A DNA stretch of 64,000 nucleotides, taken from the NCBI RefSeq assembly GCF_009914755.1, contig NC_060928.1; one strand, written 5' to 3'. The translations under genes were made by a program, and so were the position numbers. Position 1 is the first letter of the stretch. The number at the start of each line of letters is the position of its first letter. Below are positions 1 through 12,289 of the stretch, one piece after another. This DNA is from the human T2T-CHM13v2.0 reference genome, Homo sapiens. Below the pieces are notes generated by a model, which saw only the letters and a program-made list of their open reading frames with translations, had not been told where the DNA came from and searched no databases.

Positions 1-209
1 ATATAGAAGGCACTCTTTTAGTTATTGGACATACTAAAGTAAGAAAAATACCCTGCTTTCCTAGTTCTCAAAATTCAGTGGGGAAAAAAATGTTTTTAAA
101 TAAATTGTACCTAAAGTAACAAGGAAAATGGTGGTGGTAAGAGCCATGCAGAGAATTAAAATGGTGTGATGTGAAAAAGACAAGGTAGCTCCTTTAGGGG
201 TCACAGAAG

Positions 210-620
210 GTGTCTTAATTTTTATTCCCCCAGAAGTAGATCTTGCAACAAGATTAAAATGCAAAAAGTTTATTAGGGAGGGGGAAGAAATGTCGGTCAG
301 GAAAAATTGGGCAATGAAATGAAGTAACCAGTGAAGGGTCCCTTATCATGAACAACCACCATTGTGAGCAACTTCAGTAAATCCCACTGGGAAGATTCTG
401 GGACACATTTCTGAGCTATGCACCTAAGGGGTGGGGAAGCTTTGGGATAGTTATACACCAAATACTATTGGTCACTAGTTCAGAACTAAAAGGGGAGAAG
501 GATTCCCCAGTTAAGTCTGGGCAATCTTTTTGCTGCCCTCTTTTTGCTGGGCAGCAAAAAAGAGGCTCAAGCCAGGAAGAGACAGGATGCAGGCAAAGAA
601 ATACAGGTGCTGGCAGCTGT
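210..620. mobile_element. Degenerate ERVL-class LTR fragment (LTR16/LTR33-like)
   Basis: tgtcttaattttta-ttcccccagaagtagatcttgcaacaagatt...aagtttattagggag resembles an old ERVL LTR terminus. The right boundary is approximate. Confidence 0.35.
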
Positions 621-859
621 CCTCACACAGTGAAAGAGTCAGGGCAGCACATAGGGCTGGGCCTGCAGGAGGCTTCAGGAAGGAGGAGAACTTTATGCTG
701 GAATCTAAATTGAAAGAATAATCAGAGATAAAAGATTCCAGACTGAGGAAATCATGAGAACAGGATGGACTGAAAAACTTGCCAGACAAGCTGGAGCTCC
801 ATGTGTTTTCAGGAAGGAAATGTCAGTTGGCCAAAACTGTATGGGCAAAGGCAAAAACT

Positions 860-1400
860 AGTATATAATCTTGTCAGTAAAGCAGGTAAAGGCCAGATCA
901 CCAAAGGCTTCAGAAACCAGGGTAAGAAAGGCTGGACAGGCTCTTATGTGCATTTTTTTAAAGACTCTCTGGTCAAAGTGAATAATGGCAATCATGAGTG
1001 GAAGCAAACAATTCAGGATGCTCAAGATGCTACTGTGGTGTAGTAGTGGTGGTGGTAGTCAATATGAAGGAAGTTCACTGGCTTGTTGATGAACTGGGAT
1101 GCAATCAGGGCAGATACAGAACCACTGAGACTTTCTTCATTAGCAACTCTGCACATGGTACTGGCGGGTACCTTTAAGAAGGCAGAAGAATAGGGGAAAA
1201 GCACATTTGAGGAAAGAAAATGAAGAGTTTGTTTTGGTCATGTTGAAATTAAGATGCCTATGAGATCTCTGCAGATAGATAATTATACAGGTTTGGAATT
1301 AGAGAGAAACATCAGAACTCTAGATATAGATACATGGAGATCATCTACATACATACAGTATTTGAAGGCAAGAGATTGGCTGTAGTGTCCTAGAGGCAGT
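860..1400 (-). mobile_element. L2 LINE fragment
   Basis: Typical antisense L2 phrases (aggccagatcaccaaaggc; ttttggtcatgttgaaattaagatgcctatgaga). Confidence 0.6.
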
Positions 1401-1434
1401 ATTATTCTAAAAAAAAAAAAAAAGAGAGAGACGG

Positions 1435-1739
1435 GGGATGGGCATGAGGGCTCATGCCTGTAACTCCAACGCTTTGGGAGGTCGAGGCGGGTAGACTGCC
1501 TGAGCCCAGTAGTTTGAGACCAGCCTGGGCAACAGGGTGAAACCCCGTCTCTACAAAAAAATATAAAAATTAGCCAGATGTGGTAGCACATGCCTGTAAT
1601 CCCAGCTACTCAGTAGGTTGAGGTGAGAGGATCACCTGAGCCTGGGAAGGTCAAGGCAGCAGAGAGCCATGATCACACCACTGCACTCCAGCCTGGGTGA
1701 AAGTAAGATCTGTCTCAAAAAAAAAAAAAAAAAAAAAAA
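1435..1739 (+). mobile_element. AluJ-type SINE
   Basis: Dimeric Alu with gagcccag..agtttgagaccagcctgggcaac (J diagnostics) and a poly(A) tail at 1717-1739. Confidence 0.92.
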
Positions 1740-2027
1740 GACAGAAAGACAGGGATCCACTACACTACACTATTGACTAATGTCAATAATCTTTTCTTGT
1801 CTGACAGTAATCACTACTACAGCTAATTCATTCTTTTGTTCATTCAATGAATGCTTATTTAATATCAAATCAATTTACTGCATTACACTGGAAACTGTGG
1901 GATAAATGAATTATCATTCCTAAGTGCTTAGGATCTTAATGACCCTTAAAGGTTAAAGACTGACCATGATAGAACCAAGAAAACTCAGGAAAAAAGAGAT
2001 TATTTTCATGTGACAAAACCATAAAAA

Positions 2028-2175
2028 TGATACAGGAGGGGAGGAGGGAAGTACTGGGTAGATAAAGGCAGGGTCCCTGGCAAGGGCTCCACTCTCTAGC
2101 CTCTTCCCTCGGACTTCTTCCCTCAGACTTATGTGAGGACAGGCACTCCTATTTTCATGCCCAAATGTTGCATTC
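2028..2175 (+). mobile_element. 5' fragment of an ERV1-class LTR (LTR1/LTR27/LTR28-like)
   Basis: Starts TGATACAGGAGGGG..GGGAAGTACTGGGTAGA..GGGTCCCTGGCAAGGGCTCCAC..GTGAGGACAGGCACTCC..CCCAAATGTTGCATT. Confidence 0.6.
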
Positions 2176-2194
2176 CAGCAACATTTGGAACAAA

Positions 2195-3534
2195 ATCCCA
2201 AATGGGGGTAATTGGCCAAAACAAAGGGGCGACCAGCCCCATGCATGTCCAAAATTCACTGGGCAGTCAAATTTTAAAGCTCCAAAATGATCTCCTTTGA
2301 CTCCATGTCTCACATCCAGGTCACACTGATTCAAGAGGTAGGTTTCCCTGGTCTTGCGCAGCTCCGCCTCTGTGTTTTACAGGGTACAGCCTCCCTCCTG
2401 GCTGACTTTGTGGGCTGGCGTTGAGTGTCTGTGGTTTTCCAGGCACCCGGTACAAGCTGTCAGAGGATCTAGCATTCCAGGGTCTGGAGGACAGTGGCCC
2501 TCTTCTCACAGCTCCACTAGGTGGTGTCCCAGTAGGGACTCTGTGTGGGGGCTCTGACCCCACATTTCTCTTCCACACTGCCCTAGCAGAGGTTCTCCAT
2601 GACAGCCCCACCCCTGCAGCAAACTTCTGCCTGGATATCCAGGTGTTTCCATACATCTTCTGAAATCTAGGTGGAGGTTCCCAAACCTCAATTTTTGGCT
2701 TCTGCACACATGCAGGCACAAAACCATGTGGAAGCTGCAAGGTTTAGGGACTGCACCTTCTGAAACCATGGGACAAGCTGAACCTTGGCCCCTTTTAGCA
2801 GTGGCCCGAGTGGCTGGAGAGCAGGGCACCAAGTCCCTAGGCTGCACACAGCAGAGAGACGCTGGGCCTGGCCCAGGAAACCATTTTTTCCTCCTAGGTT
2901 TCCAGGTCTGTGATGGGAGGGGCTGCCATGAAGACCTATGACATGCCCTGGAGACATTTTTCCCATTGTCTTAAGGTTAACATCGGGCTGCTTGTTACTT
3001 ATGCAAATTTCTGTAGTCAGCTTGAATTCCTCCTCAAAAATGGGTTTTTCTTTTCTATTGCATTGTCTGGCTGCAAATTTTCACAACTTTAATGCTCTGT
3101 TTTCCTTTTAAAATTGAATGCTTTTAACAGCAGCCAGGTCACCTCTTGAATGCTTTGCTGCTTAGAAATTTCTTCCACAAGATACCCTGAATCATCTCTC
3201 TCAAGTTCAAAGTTGCACGAATCTCTAAGGCAGGGGCAAAATGCTTCAGTCTCTGCCAAAACATAACAAGAGTCACCTTTGCTCCAGTTCCCAACAAGTT
3301 CCTCATCTCCATCTGAGACCACCTCAGCCTGGATTTCATTGTCCATATCACTATCAGCATTTTGGCCAAACCATTCAATGAGTCTCTAGGGAGTCCCAAA
3401 CTTTGCCATATTTTCCTACCTTCTTCTGAGCCCTCCAAACTGTTCCAATCTCTGCCTGTTACCCAGTTCCAAAGTCGCTTCCACATTTTTGGGTATCTTT
3501 TCAGCAGTGCCCCACTCTACTGGTACCAATTTAC
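2195..3534 (-). mobile_element. THE1 (MaLR) internal sequence, 3'-truncated
   Basis: Minus strand begins GTAAATTGGTACCAGTAGAGTGGGG next to the LTR. Typical THE1-int pseudo-ORFs are present (MDNEIQAEVVSDGDEELVGNWSKGDSCY...). Confidence 0.92.
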
Positions 3535-3889
3535 TATATTAGTCCATTTTCATGCTGCTGATAAAGACATACTCAAGACTGGGAAGAAAAAGAGGTTTAA
3601 TCAGACTTACAGTTCCACATGGCTGAGGAGGCCTCAGAATCATGGTGGGAAGTGAAAGGCAATCCTTACATGGTGGTGGCAAGAGAAAAATTAGGAAGAT
3701 ACAAAAGCGGAAACCCCGATAAAACCATCAGATTTCATGAGACTTATTCACTACCATGAGAACAGTATGGGGGAAACCGCCCCCATGATTTAAATTATTT
3801 CCCACCAGGTCCCTCCCACAACACGTAGGAATTATGGGAGCACAATTCAAGATGAGATTTGGGTGGGGACACAGAGCTAAACCATGTCA
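3535..3889 (-). mobile_element. THE1 5' LTR (THE1B/C-like, about 355 bp)
   Basis: Minus strand reads TGACATGGTTTAGCTCTGTGTCCCCACCCAAATCTCATCTTGAATTG...GCAGCATGAAAATGGACTAATATA. Confidence 0.93.
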
Positions 3890-3931
3890 GTAGGTCATTT
3901 AATAGCACCCATTTATCTATCCGTCTATGTG

Positions 3932-4035
3932 ATTTTTTTAAGAGATGGGTCTTGCTATGTTGCCCAGGATGGTCTTGAACTCCTGGGCTCAAGAGATCCT
4001 CCCACCCCAGCCTTGCAAGTAGCTGGAACTGCAGC
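3932..4035 (-). mobile_element. Monomeric Alu fragment (FLAM-like)
   Basis: T-run followed by gagatgggtcttgctatgttgcccaggatggtcttgaactcctgggctcaag. Confidence 0.8.
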
Positions 4036-6251
4036 TCTACCTGATTTTAACTTTAAAGATTGAAAATTCACGCATTGCACTTAGATCTGTAACCGTGGGA
4101 TTACTAGCTACTGCATCAGGATAAAAGAAATGAAAAAGACCTGGCTGGGTAAGGCACAGGTGAAACACAGGCTCAGAACAGCTGGCTGAACAGTAAAATA
4201 CCCGGGTACTTGCTGCTAGGAAGAATGGCTGAGGCCTGAATGGCAAATGGAGGAGACTGGAAGATGCATAGATTGCAAAGAGATATTGCACCCCAATCCA
4301 CGCTCTATACTTGTCTCCAGAAATCCCTGAATTTAAATCCATTGCTTCAGTTTCTTTTTACCATTTTTAAGAGACTATGAGAAATATCCTTTTATGGTGT
4401 TAAAGACTGTTTAGTATACAACTCCTGAAGAACAGAATTTAGCCATAATAGACTTTTGGAAAACATTGCTTACAAGAGATTCCACTTTTTCTCATATTGG
4501 TTATCCTAAGAATAAAGTTTATAGTTACTGAAGGACTGTTTATCTCTATGATGTTGGTTCTTAAGAGAACTGTCTGTTAACAATACACGATTGTACTTAC
4601 ATGGGAGCTAAGCAAAATAATAAAACACAACGGTCAAAGAAATGATAAAGAGTATGCATGAACTCTTCCAAATAGAAGGAATACTTAGAAACAATCTCTA
4701 TACATGAATCTATAAGGGGCAATGTAGGAGGGTCAGCTGCGAGCAATAGTCAAAGAAGCAGTAACACCCTTGCTATTTAAATACTCTGAAATAGACTGAG
4801 ACCTCAATTTGGAAATAGTTTTAAAAGAAAAATTGTGCAAAATGGCAACCAGCAAAAAGATACAATATACAAATCAGTCAACTTTTTGGGAAATGACTCA
4901 ACAATAATAAAAGTCTTAATCAAATACTCAAGTATCTACATATTTGTAAAGAAATTTTATCAGTATCTGTTCAAACCTTAGAAATTACAGAACAAAAATG
5001 CATTCTATATCCCAACCTATCTATGTGAGATATTAGTTGGGAAGAAAAGAGAAAGGAAATAAAAGGGAGAAAAGTGGCATATCTTATAATGACCATTTTC
5101 ATAGTTCATAAAATCAGCATTCGTAGCAAAAAAAAAAAAAGGCCAATAAAAAAAACAGAACTACTCTCCGTTTAAAAAAACAAAACTCATTTTGCTCCAT
5201 GGAATCTGCACATGAAATCTCTCTTCTTACAGCCTTCCGGAATATACCAAAACACAAAAGAGTTATCCAAAGAGACAAAATCTTTCCTCTTCCCCTCTTC
5301 TTCCTTCAGTGAATGATTTACTGTTCAGTAAGGGTTAACTCAGGTCAGCTAATAAGAAAAGAGGGAGCTAGCACTCAATCTTTATGCAGAGTAGAATGGA
5401 AAATATTCTCTGGCTATTTATCCTTTAGTGACTTATGGATATTAGAAATAGTTGATAACATTCTTAAATATTTGATTTCACAAGTTACCTCTCCTACTTT
5501 CAAATGGTCCTTTCAAGATGCCTGTGTTGACAGGCCAGAACTTGTAGTGTCCTGAGAAGTGTGCAGCCCTGCTCAAAGGCCCACACAAGTAGAAATGTTA
5601 AAAAAAAAAATCTTTGGGTCACACATGGTGATATGCCAGATGTTACAACACCAAATGGGTTGCCATTCAATTCTGGATTTAAGCTAAATGAACTGGTTGA
5701 CTAACTGGATTGATTTGTCATTAGACTTACATGTTTCTAACTTCTTAAAAGCATACTTTAATTTTCATCTCCCTTATATGCCATTGTGTGAATACTGGGT
5801 AACTCGCCTACATTGTAAGCAGATTTTAAGAAATCTGCATTTAAGAGATTTTTGTTCAAAAGTAGATTTAATTCACAAAATCCTATATAGTTTGTCGTTA
5901 TTGCTATATGATTTTTCCAGGCAGACCTGTGTAAAAATAATTTCAGGCAGTGGGAAGAGCATGTGCAAAATCAGGCAAACATCATCAAATCTGAGGAACT
6001 GAAAGGATATCCAAAGACTGCAATAAGATTTTTGAGCTTAATCAATCTGTAGGATCTGTAGGCTAGCAAATCCTAATATCACATTTTTTGGCGGGGACCA
6101 ATGTGGAGAATGAATTGTTTACACTACCTTAAAAGACATTTTATTAAATAAGGCATCTCCACAACAACTATGTAATTGAAAACAGAAATGAAATCCCATT
6201 ATAAAGTTAAGACTCCTTATACTCAAGACAATTATTAAGAATCTAGGTTTA

Positions 6252-6556
6252 GGCCGGGCGCAGCGTCTCACGCCTGTAATCCCGGCACTTTGGGAGGCCG
6301 AGGTGGGCAGATAACCTGAAGTCAGGAGTTCAAGACCAGCCTGGCCAATATGGTGAAACCCTGTCTCTACTAAAAAAACAAAAATTAGCTGGGAGTGGTG
6401 GTGCACGCCTGTAATCCCAGCTACTCGGGAGGCTGAGGCAGGAGGGTCGCTTGAACCAGGAAGGCCGGAGGTTGCAGTGAGCCAAGATCATGCCATTGCA
6501 CTCCAGCCTGGGTGAGTGAAACTCTGTCTCAAAAAAATAAATAAAAATAAAAATAA
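6252..6556 (+). mobile_element. AluS SINE with 15-bp TSD (AAGAAT[C/T]TAGGTTTA, 6237-6251 and 6557-6571)
   Basis: Full dimer, A-rich tail and flanking direct repeat. Confidence 0.96.
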
Positions 6557-7978
6557 AAGAATTTAGGTTTAAAATGTATAAATCTAGGTTTATACATAAA
6601 ATTCAGCCTCACCTGCTTTCCCTTATCATCTTATTATTGGTTTTAATTTCCCTGCCCAGTAATCCCATAACTGTATTTTAACTTCTTTTTCCTGCTACCT
6701 ATTGTTGGAGGTAGGGGCTGAGGGGATGGAGGGTAGCCAGCCAAGTGTGGAATGCAGTAAAATCATTCTGAATAGACAAAACTGACAAAAAATTGTGAAA
6801 GCAAAAGGCGTGACAGCCTCAGAATCCTGACCTTCCAGAACTTGAAACTGATAAACATGAATTCTTTTGTATTAGGGGTAAAATGGCAGGTATTTCCTGT
6901 TATTAAAACTTTTTTGGCTTACCTTCCGAAGGCTAATGTAGAGTTTCTGAAAAGATAACAGTGACAATAAAAAGATTGTTAAGAGTGCCTCCAAGCTACA
7001 GGACAAAGAGTATTATATTTCTACTGGGAAGGAAACTTAAATTATAGTCAAAGATCCATGAAGGCTTAAGTCACCCAGGATTGCATTCACGTCTTCGGTT
7101 ATTGCATGTGCTTTGGAACACTTGACAATCACAGAGCTGGCCTGTGGGGGAGGTGAGTCAACAGTGATTCTCTTTCATAACTATCCAAGAAAAACAACCC
7201 ACAGTAATCTTCAAGAGCATCACACCTTAACTGTTTATTAGAGCTGGGACAACTAAGGCCAAGACAATAGACAAATGCAAGGCTGTTAATATTAGAAACT
7301 AAGTTTACTGGCCCCTACTCCCTAGAATGTTCAAGCTTCATGAAACTTTGGACCACCCAGACATTTGCTATGTTAACTATCCTCTTAAACTGAAGTGGAG
7401 ATATTTATTCAGAATTATGGTTTATACTTACAGTGGAACATATCTTTGCATGGATTTTAAACACTACATTTATAGGAGTTTTTTTTTTGTTAAACTACAT
7501 GTGTTGAACAGAAAACTTAGGTAGTGGAATGTACTTTTATCTTTTTTATTTTAAAGACTTCTTTCTTTTGAAAATTGTTCTATACATTACTCATAAGAAA
7601 TATATTACAGCAACATTTAAAGAGCATCTGCAATACTAACCCTGACATTTATAGTATATGATTTGAGGTAAAAATAGCTCAAAGTTTTAGAAAATATATA
7701 AACAAAAGAGGTAAGAGATGGATATTTACTTACTAATGTAATGCTAATTTAATCTATTATTAAGAACATTTAATGTGCTCTGTTTTGATCAGGAGTCTAA
7801 TTCACCTTCACATTTCCTACAATTTACACTTTTAAGGGATTTTTTTTTAATTTTCTAAGTGAATACACTTGAGTTTACCTTTCAGCAATCAAAGCAAGCA
7901 TAATATTCACTTTATGTAGTTAAAGGAAGTATAAACTCAGGAACAACACACTCTGTTTGTGTTCAAAGAGTGAAGTAA

Positions 7979-8610
7979 GGCCATTTTCACGATATTGATT
8001 CTTCCTACCCGTGAGCATGGAGAACTAGAAATACCATTTGACCCAGCCATCCCATTACTGGGTATATACCCAAAGGATTATAAATCATGCTGCTATAAAG
8101 ACACATGCACACATGTGTTTATTGTGGCACTATTCACAATAGCAAAGACTTGGAACCAACCCAAATGTACAACAATGATAGACTGGATTAAGAAAATGTG
8201 GCACATATATACCATGGAATACTATGCAGCCATAAAAAATGATGAGTTCATGTCCTTTGTAGGGACATGGATGAAGCTGGAAACCATCATTCTCAGCAAA
8301 CTATCTCAAGGACAAAAAACCAAACACAGCATGTTCTCACTCACTGGTGGGAATTGAACAATGAGAACACACGGACACAGGAAGGGGAACATCACACACC
8401 GGGGCCTGTTGTGGGGTGGGGGGAGGGGGGAGGGATAGCATTAGGAGATATATCTAATGATAAATGACGAGTTAATGGGTGCAGCACACCAACATGGCAC
8501 ATGTATACATATGTAACTAACCTGCACGTTGTGCACATGTACCCTAAAACTTAAGGTATAATTAAAAAAAAAAAGAAGTTTCTAACACACACACACAAAC
8601 ACACACACAC
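7979..8610 (+). mobile_element. 5'-truncated, 5'-inverted L1PA (about L1PA3/4) with 14-bp TSD AAAGAGTGAAGTAA
   Basis: ORF2 C-terminus (LEIPFDPAIPLLGIYPKDYKSCCYKDTC...), 3'UTR and poly(A). An antisense ORF2 piece occupies 7979-8021. TSD at 7965-7978 and 8611-8624. Confidence 0.95.
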
Positions 8611-8659
8611 AAAGAGTGAAGTAAACAAAAGTATGGGATGAAAGTTAATCATCATCACA

Positions 8660-8860
8660 TGGTAGAGGCAGGCTTGTCTGTTGAGAACCTAGTCTCTGCC
8701 GCTCCCTACCTGCCAGACCTTGGGCAAATCCCATGCCTTCTCTGAATCGGGGTTGCCTCACCTGTACAAGAAAGTCAGCTAATTCATAGGGTTCTTTAAA
8801 GACCTAAATGAAGGAAATCTAATGAAATGCAGTCCCACAGTAGATATCACTAGCTATTAG
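8660..8860 (+). mobile_element. MIR SINE remnant
   Basis: gaccttgggcaaatc..ccttctctgaatc..ctcacctgta core. Confidence 0.65.
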
Positions 8861-9297
8861 CTGTATGTTCTTGTCATAAAGTGAAATGAAATGCTGCTTA
8901 TATATTTAATAAGATATCCAAACTTAACTACAGTAGATCCTTACTATTTGTAGATTCCATATTGGTGAATTCACCTACTGGCTACAATTAATTTGCAACC
9001 CCAAAATCAATACACGGCATCTTTTGTGGTCGTTGGCAGACATGCACAGACACAGAGCAACACAAAACTTTAAGTCACCCAAGATGATGCTGTTCACAGC
9101 TGAGGTGGAGCAAAGATATGCTCTGCCTTCTTGTTCCAACTCCCAAACTGTAAACAAGCATCCTTTCTGCAGCATATTTAGTGCTAGGTTGTTCTCAATT
9201 TTTTGCTATTATTTGGTAATTTTGCTGTTTAAAATTTCCCAAAGCATAGTGCTGAAGTGCTGTCTAGTGTTCCTTGACACAAGGCTATGATGTGCCT

Positions 9298-9679
9298 TGA
9301 TATGGTTTGGCTCTGTGTCCCCACCCAAATCTTATCTCAAATTGTAATCCCCACATATCAAGGGAGGGACCTAGTGGGAGGTGACTGGATCATAAGAGCA
9401 TTTTCCCTCATGTTGTTCTTGTGATAGAGAATGAGTTCTCCCAAGACCTGATGGTTTAAAAGTGTAGCACTTTCCCCGCCTCTCTCTCTCCTACCACCAT
9501 GTAAGACGTGCCTTGCTTCCTCTTCACCTTTCACCTTTTGTTTTCTGCCACAATTGTAAGTTTCCCAAGGCCTCCCCAGCCATGTGGAACTGTGAGTCAA
9601 TTAAATCTCCCTCCTTTATAAATTACCCAGTCTCAGGTAGTTCTTTATATTAACAGCAGTGTGAAAATGAACTAACACA
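9298..9679 (+). mobile_element. Solo THE1D-like LTR with 5-bp TSD (TGCCT/TGACT)
   Basis: TGATATGGTTTGGCTCTGTGTCCCCACCCAAATC...GAACTAACACA, 382 bp. Confidence 0.9.
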
Positions 9680-9771
9680 TGACTTTACAGAGAAAATATG
9701 TGTGTTAGATAAGCTTCCTTCAGGCATGAATTATAGTGCCTTGTGCTTAATGTTAATGAATCACCAATATA

Positions 9772-11301
9772 CAGTCATGAGTCACTTAACAACTGGGATA
9801 TATTCTGAGAAATGTGTCTTTAGGCGATTTTGTCATTGTGCTAACATCATAGAGCATGCTTAAACAAACCTAAATGGTATGGCCTATTGCACACGTAGGC
9901 TACGTAGTACAGCCTACTGCTCCCAGACTACAAACCTGTCAAGCATGTTATTGTACTGAAAACTGTAGACAATTGTAATACAACGGTAAGTATTATATAT
10001 CTAAACATAGAAAAGGTACAGCAAAAATACAATATAAAAGATTTAAAATGGTACACCTGTATAGAGTTCCTACCATGAACAGAGTTTACAGGACCGGTAG
10101 TTGCTCTCAGTGAGTCAGTGAGTGAGTGGTGAGTGATTTTCAGGCCTAGCACATTACTGTACACTTTTGTAGAATTTATAAAGGCTAAATGCTTATGCTA
10201 CACTAAATATATTTGTTAAATATTTTACTTTCTTACATAATATACTAGCCTTAGCTTACTGTAACTTTTTACTTTATAAACTTTTTAAATTTTTTAACTT
10301 GACTCTTTTGCAATAACATTTAGTTTAAAATACACATTGCACAACTACACAAAAGTATTTTCTTTCTTTATATCCATATTCTATGTGCTTGTTTCTAATT
10401 TTAAATTTTTTTTATTTTGTTTTACCTTTAAACTTTGTTAATGAAAAACAGAAGAGACAAACACACCCATTAGCCAAGGCCTTCACAGGATCAGGACCAT
10501 CAATATCACTGTCTTCCACCTCTATATTTTATCCCACTGGAAGGTTTTCAGGGGCAATAATAGGCATGGACATGTCATCTCCTATGATAATAATGCCGCC
10601 TTCTGGAATCTGTCCTAAAAACATACCTGAGGCTTTCTTACAGTTAACGTTTTTTTGTTTTGTTTTGTTTGTTTGTTTTTCAGATGGAGTCTCGCTCTGT
10701 CCCCAGGATGGAGTGCAGTGGCATGATCTCGGCTCACTGCAACCTCTGCTTCCTGGGTTCAAGCGATTCTCTCCTTCCTCAGCCTCCCGAGTGGCTGGGA
10801 CTACAGGCGTGCACCACCACGCCCAACTAATTTTTGTATTTTTCATACAGACGGGGTTTCACCATGTTGGCCAGGATGGTCTCGATCTCTTGACCTCATG
10901 ACCTGCCCGCCTTGGCCTCCCTAAGTGCTGCCATTACAGGCGTGAGCCACCATGTCTGACTTACAGTTAACTTTTTAAATATGAGTAATAGGAATATACT
11001 CTAAAATAATAAATAGTATAGCAAATACAAAAATCAGTAACACAGTCATTCATTATCTTTATCAAGTATTATGCACTATACATAATGTTATGTCCTACAC
11101 TTTTACAGGGCTGGCAGTGCAGGAGGTTTGTTTCCACCAGCATCACCACAAACATGTGAGTAATACACTGCACTACAACATTACAACAGCTACAACCTCA
11201 CTAAGGGATAGGAATTTTTCAGCTCCATTAAAATCTGATGAGACCACTGTCATATATGTGGTCCATCATTGACCAAAACATGGTTATGCAGCACATGACT
11301 A
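9772..11301 (+). mobile_element. Tigger3b-like DNA transposon, apparently full length, inserted at TA and interrupted by an Alu
   Basis: TIRs CAGTCATGAGTCACTTAAC...GTTATGCAGCACATGACTA with TA duplication; about 1.2 kb once the Alu is removed. Confidence 0.88.
10650..10960 (-). mobile_element. AluS (AluSc-like) with TSD TTACAGTTAAC
   Basis: Antisense dimer with a T-rich tail; TSD at 10638-10648 and 10961-10971. Confidence 0.95.
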
Positions 11302-12289
11302 TATATTAAATAAGATGTCTTTATACAGAAACACACATAAAATAAGGTTTGTATTGATCAGCTGACGAATATGTTGTGACCAGGAACTCGCAGGAACCTA
11401 ATCTTGTAAGAGCCATAGCAGCAACAGTTCATTATTCATTAATTTAGTGTTTGCAATGGCTTTACAGACCATCAATACCATGAAAAATGAGACTACACTG
11501 TATATGCTAGATCTTGTGTTAAACAACATGAATACAAAATTATACAAGGTCCCTGCCCTCAAGGAAATTAAAATGTCAAGTACACATTTTATAAAATCTA
11601 TATACTGACTATTTAGGGGTCATAGACAGGGGAGGAAAAAACCTGACAATTGCTAGAACGAAAATACATGTGAAGTTGTAATTACAAATCAGTATCTTTC
11701 CTCTTCCTGTTATGGTCATTGGAGATTAATATTAAAATATAAATAAGCACTCTCTTTGGTTGGTGTCAGAAAATACTAAAAACACCTTGCTACTTGCTAG
11801 CTCTGTGACTTCCCATCACAGTTGGATCTGTCTTTTAGTGAAATCAGTATCCACCCAACGTCGTAATAGAATGAGTTTCAAAAAGTATCTTTCTTCAGGT
11901 ACTATGAGGAGGACCTTGTTCCCCTAGAGAGTATTCAAACTTCAAACCTTGACTGCATCTCAAGAATGGATCAAAATTGGGAGAAATGGAAACTCTCAGA
12001 GGAGAATTTCTACCACATTTCAGGTCTCTCTCCCCCTTGGCCTCCACCTCTCAACTCATTCCTAACCAAAGGAGAGGGAAGAACTAATACAATTAGTTGG
12101 TTTAATAAATGATTACTTTGTCTTAAAAAATACAACAACAACAGTTTTTTACCCTTTCTCTGGAACCTACCAATCCCAGCACTCAGCTTTCTGTTCTTCT
12201 CCATGTATTTAGATCATGAGGTAGATGAAGAGTGTAGGATAGAAGAAACACTAGAGAAGAATCAGGAAAAGGCAATTGGAAAAAGAGGA

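Larger units (their letters stand above)
8931..11500 (+). mobile_element. TcMar-Tigger DNA transposon (MER82-like), split into 8931-9297, 9685-9771 and 11302-11500
   Basis: CAGT...ACTG termini flanked by TA. The body runs on colinearly across both insertions (tgtgcct|tacagagaaaat; caccaatata|tattaaataag). Confidence 0.8.

Noticed and set aside
2321-3655. Cluster of 60-139-aa ORFs
   Set aside because: All lie within the THE1 internal/LTR sequence and are decayed MaLR frames.
6575-6596. TGTATAAA-TCTAGG-TTTATACA short palindrome echoing the Alu TSD
   Set aside because: An 8-bp AT-rich stem is expected by chance or local slippage.
7995-8357. 120-aa ORF with the L1 ORF2 C-terminus
   Set aside because: Fragment of a 5'-truncated L1 with no promoter or true start; not a gene.
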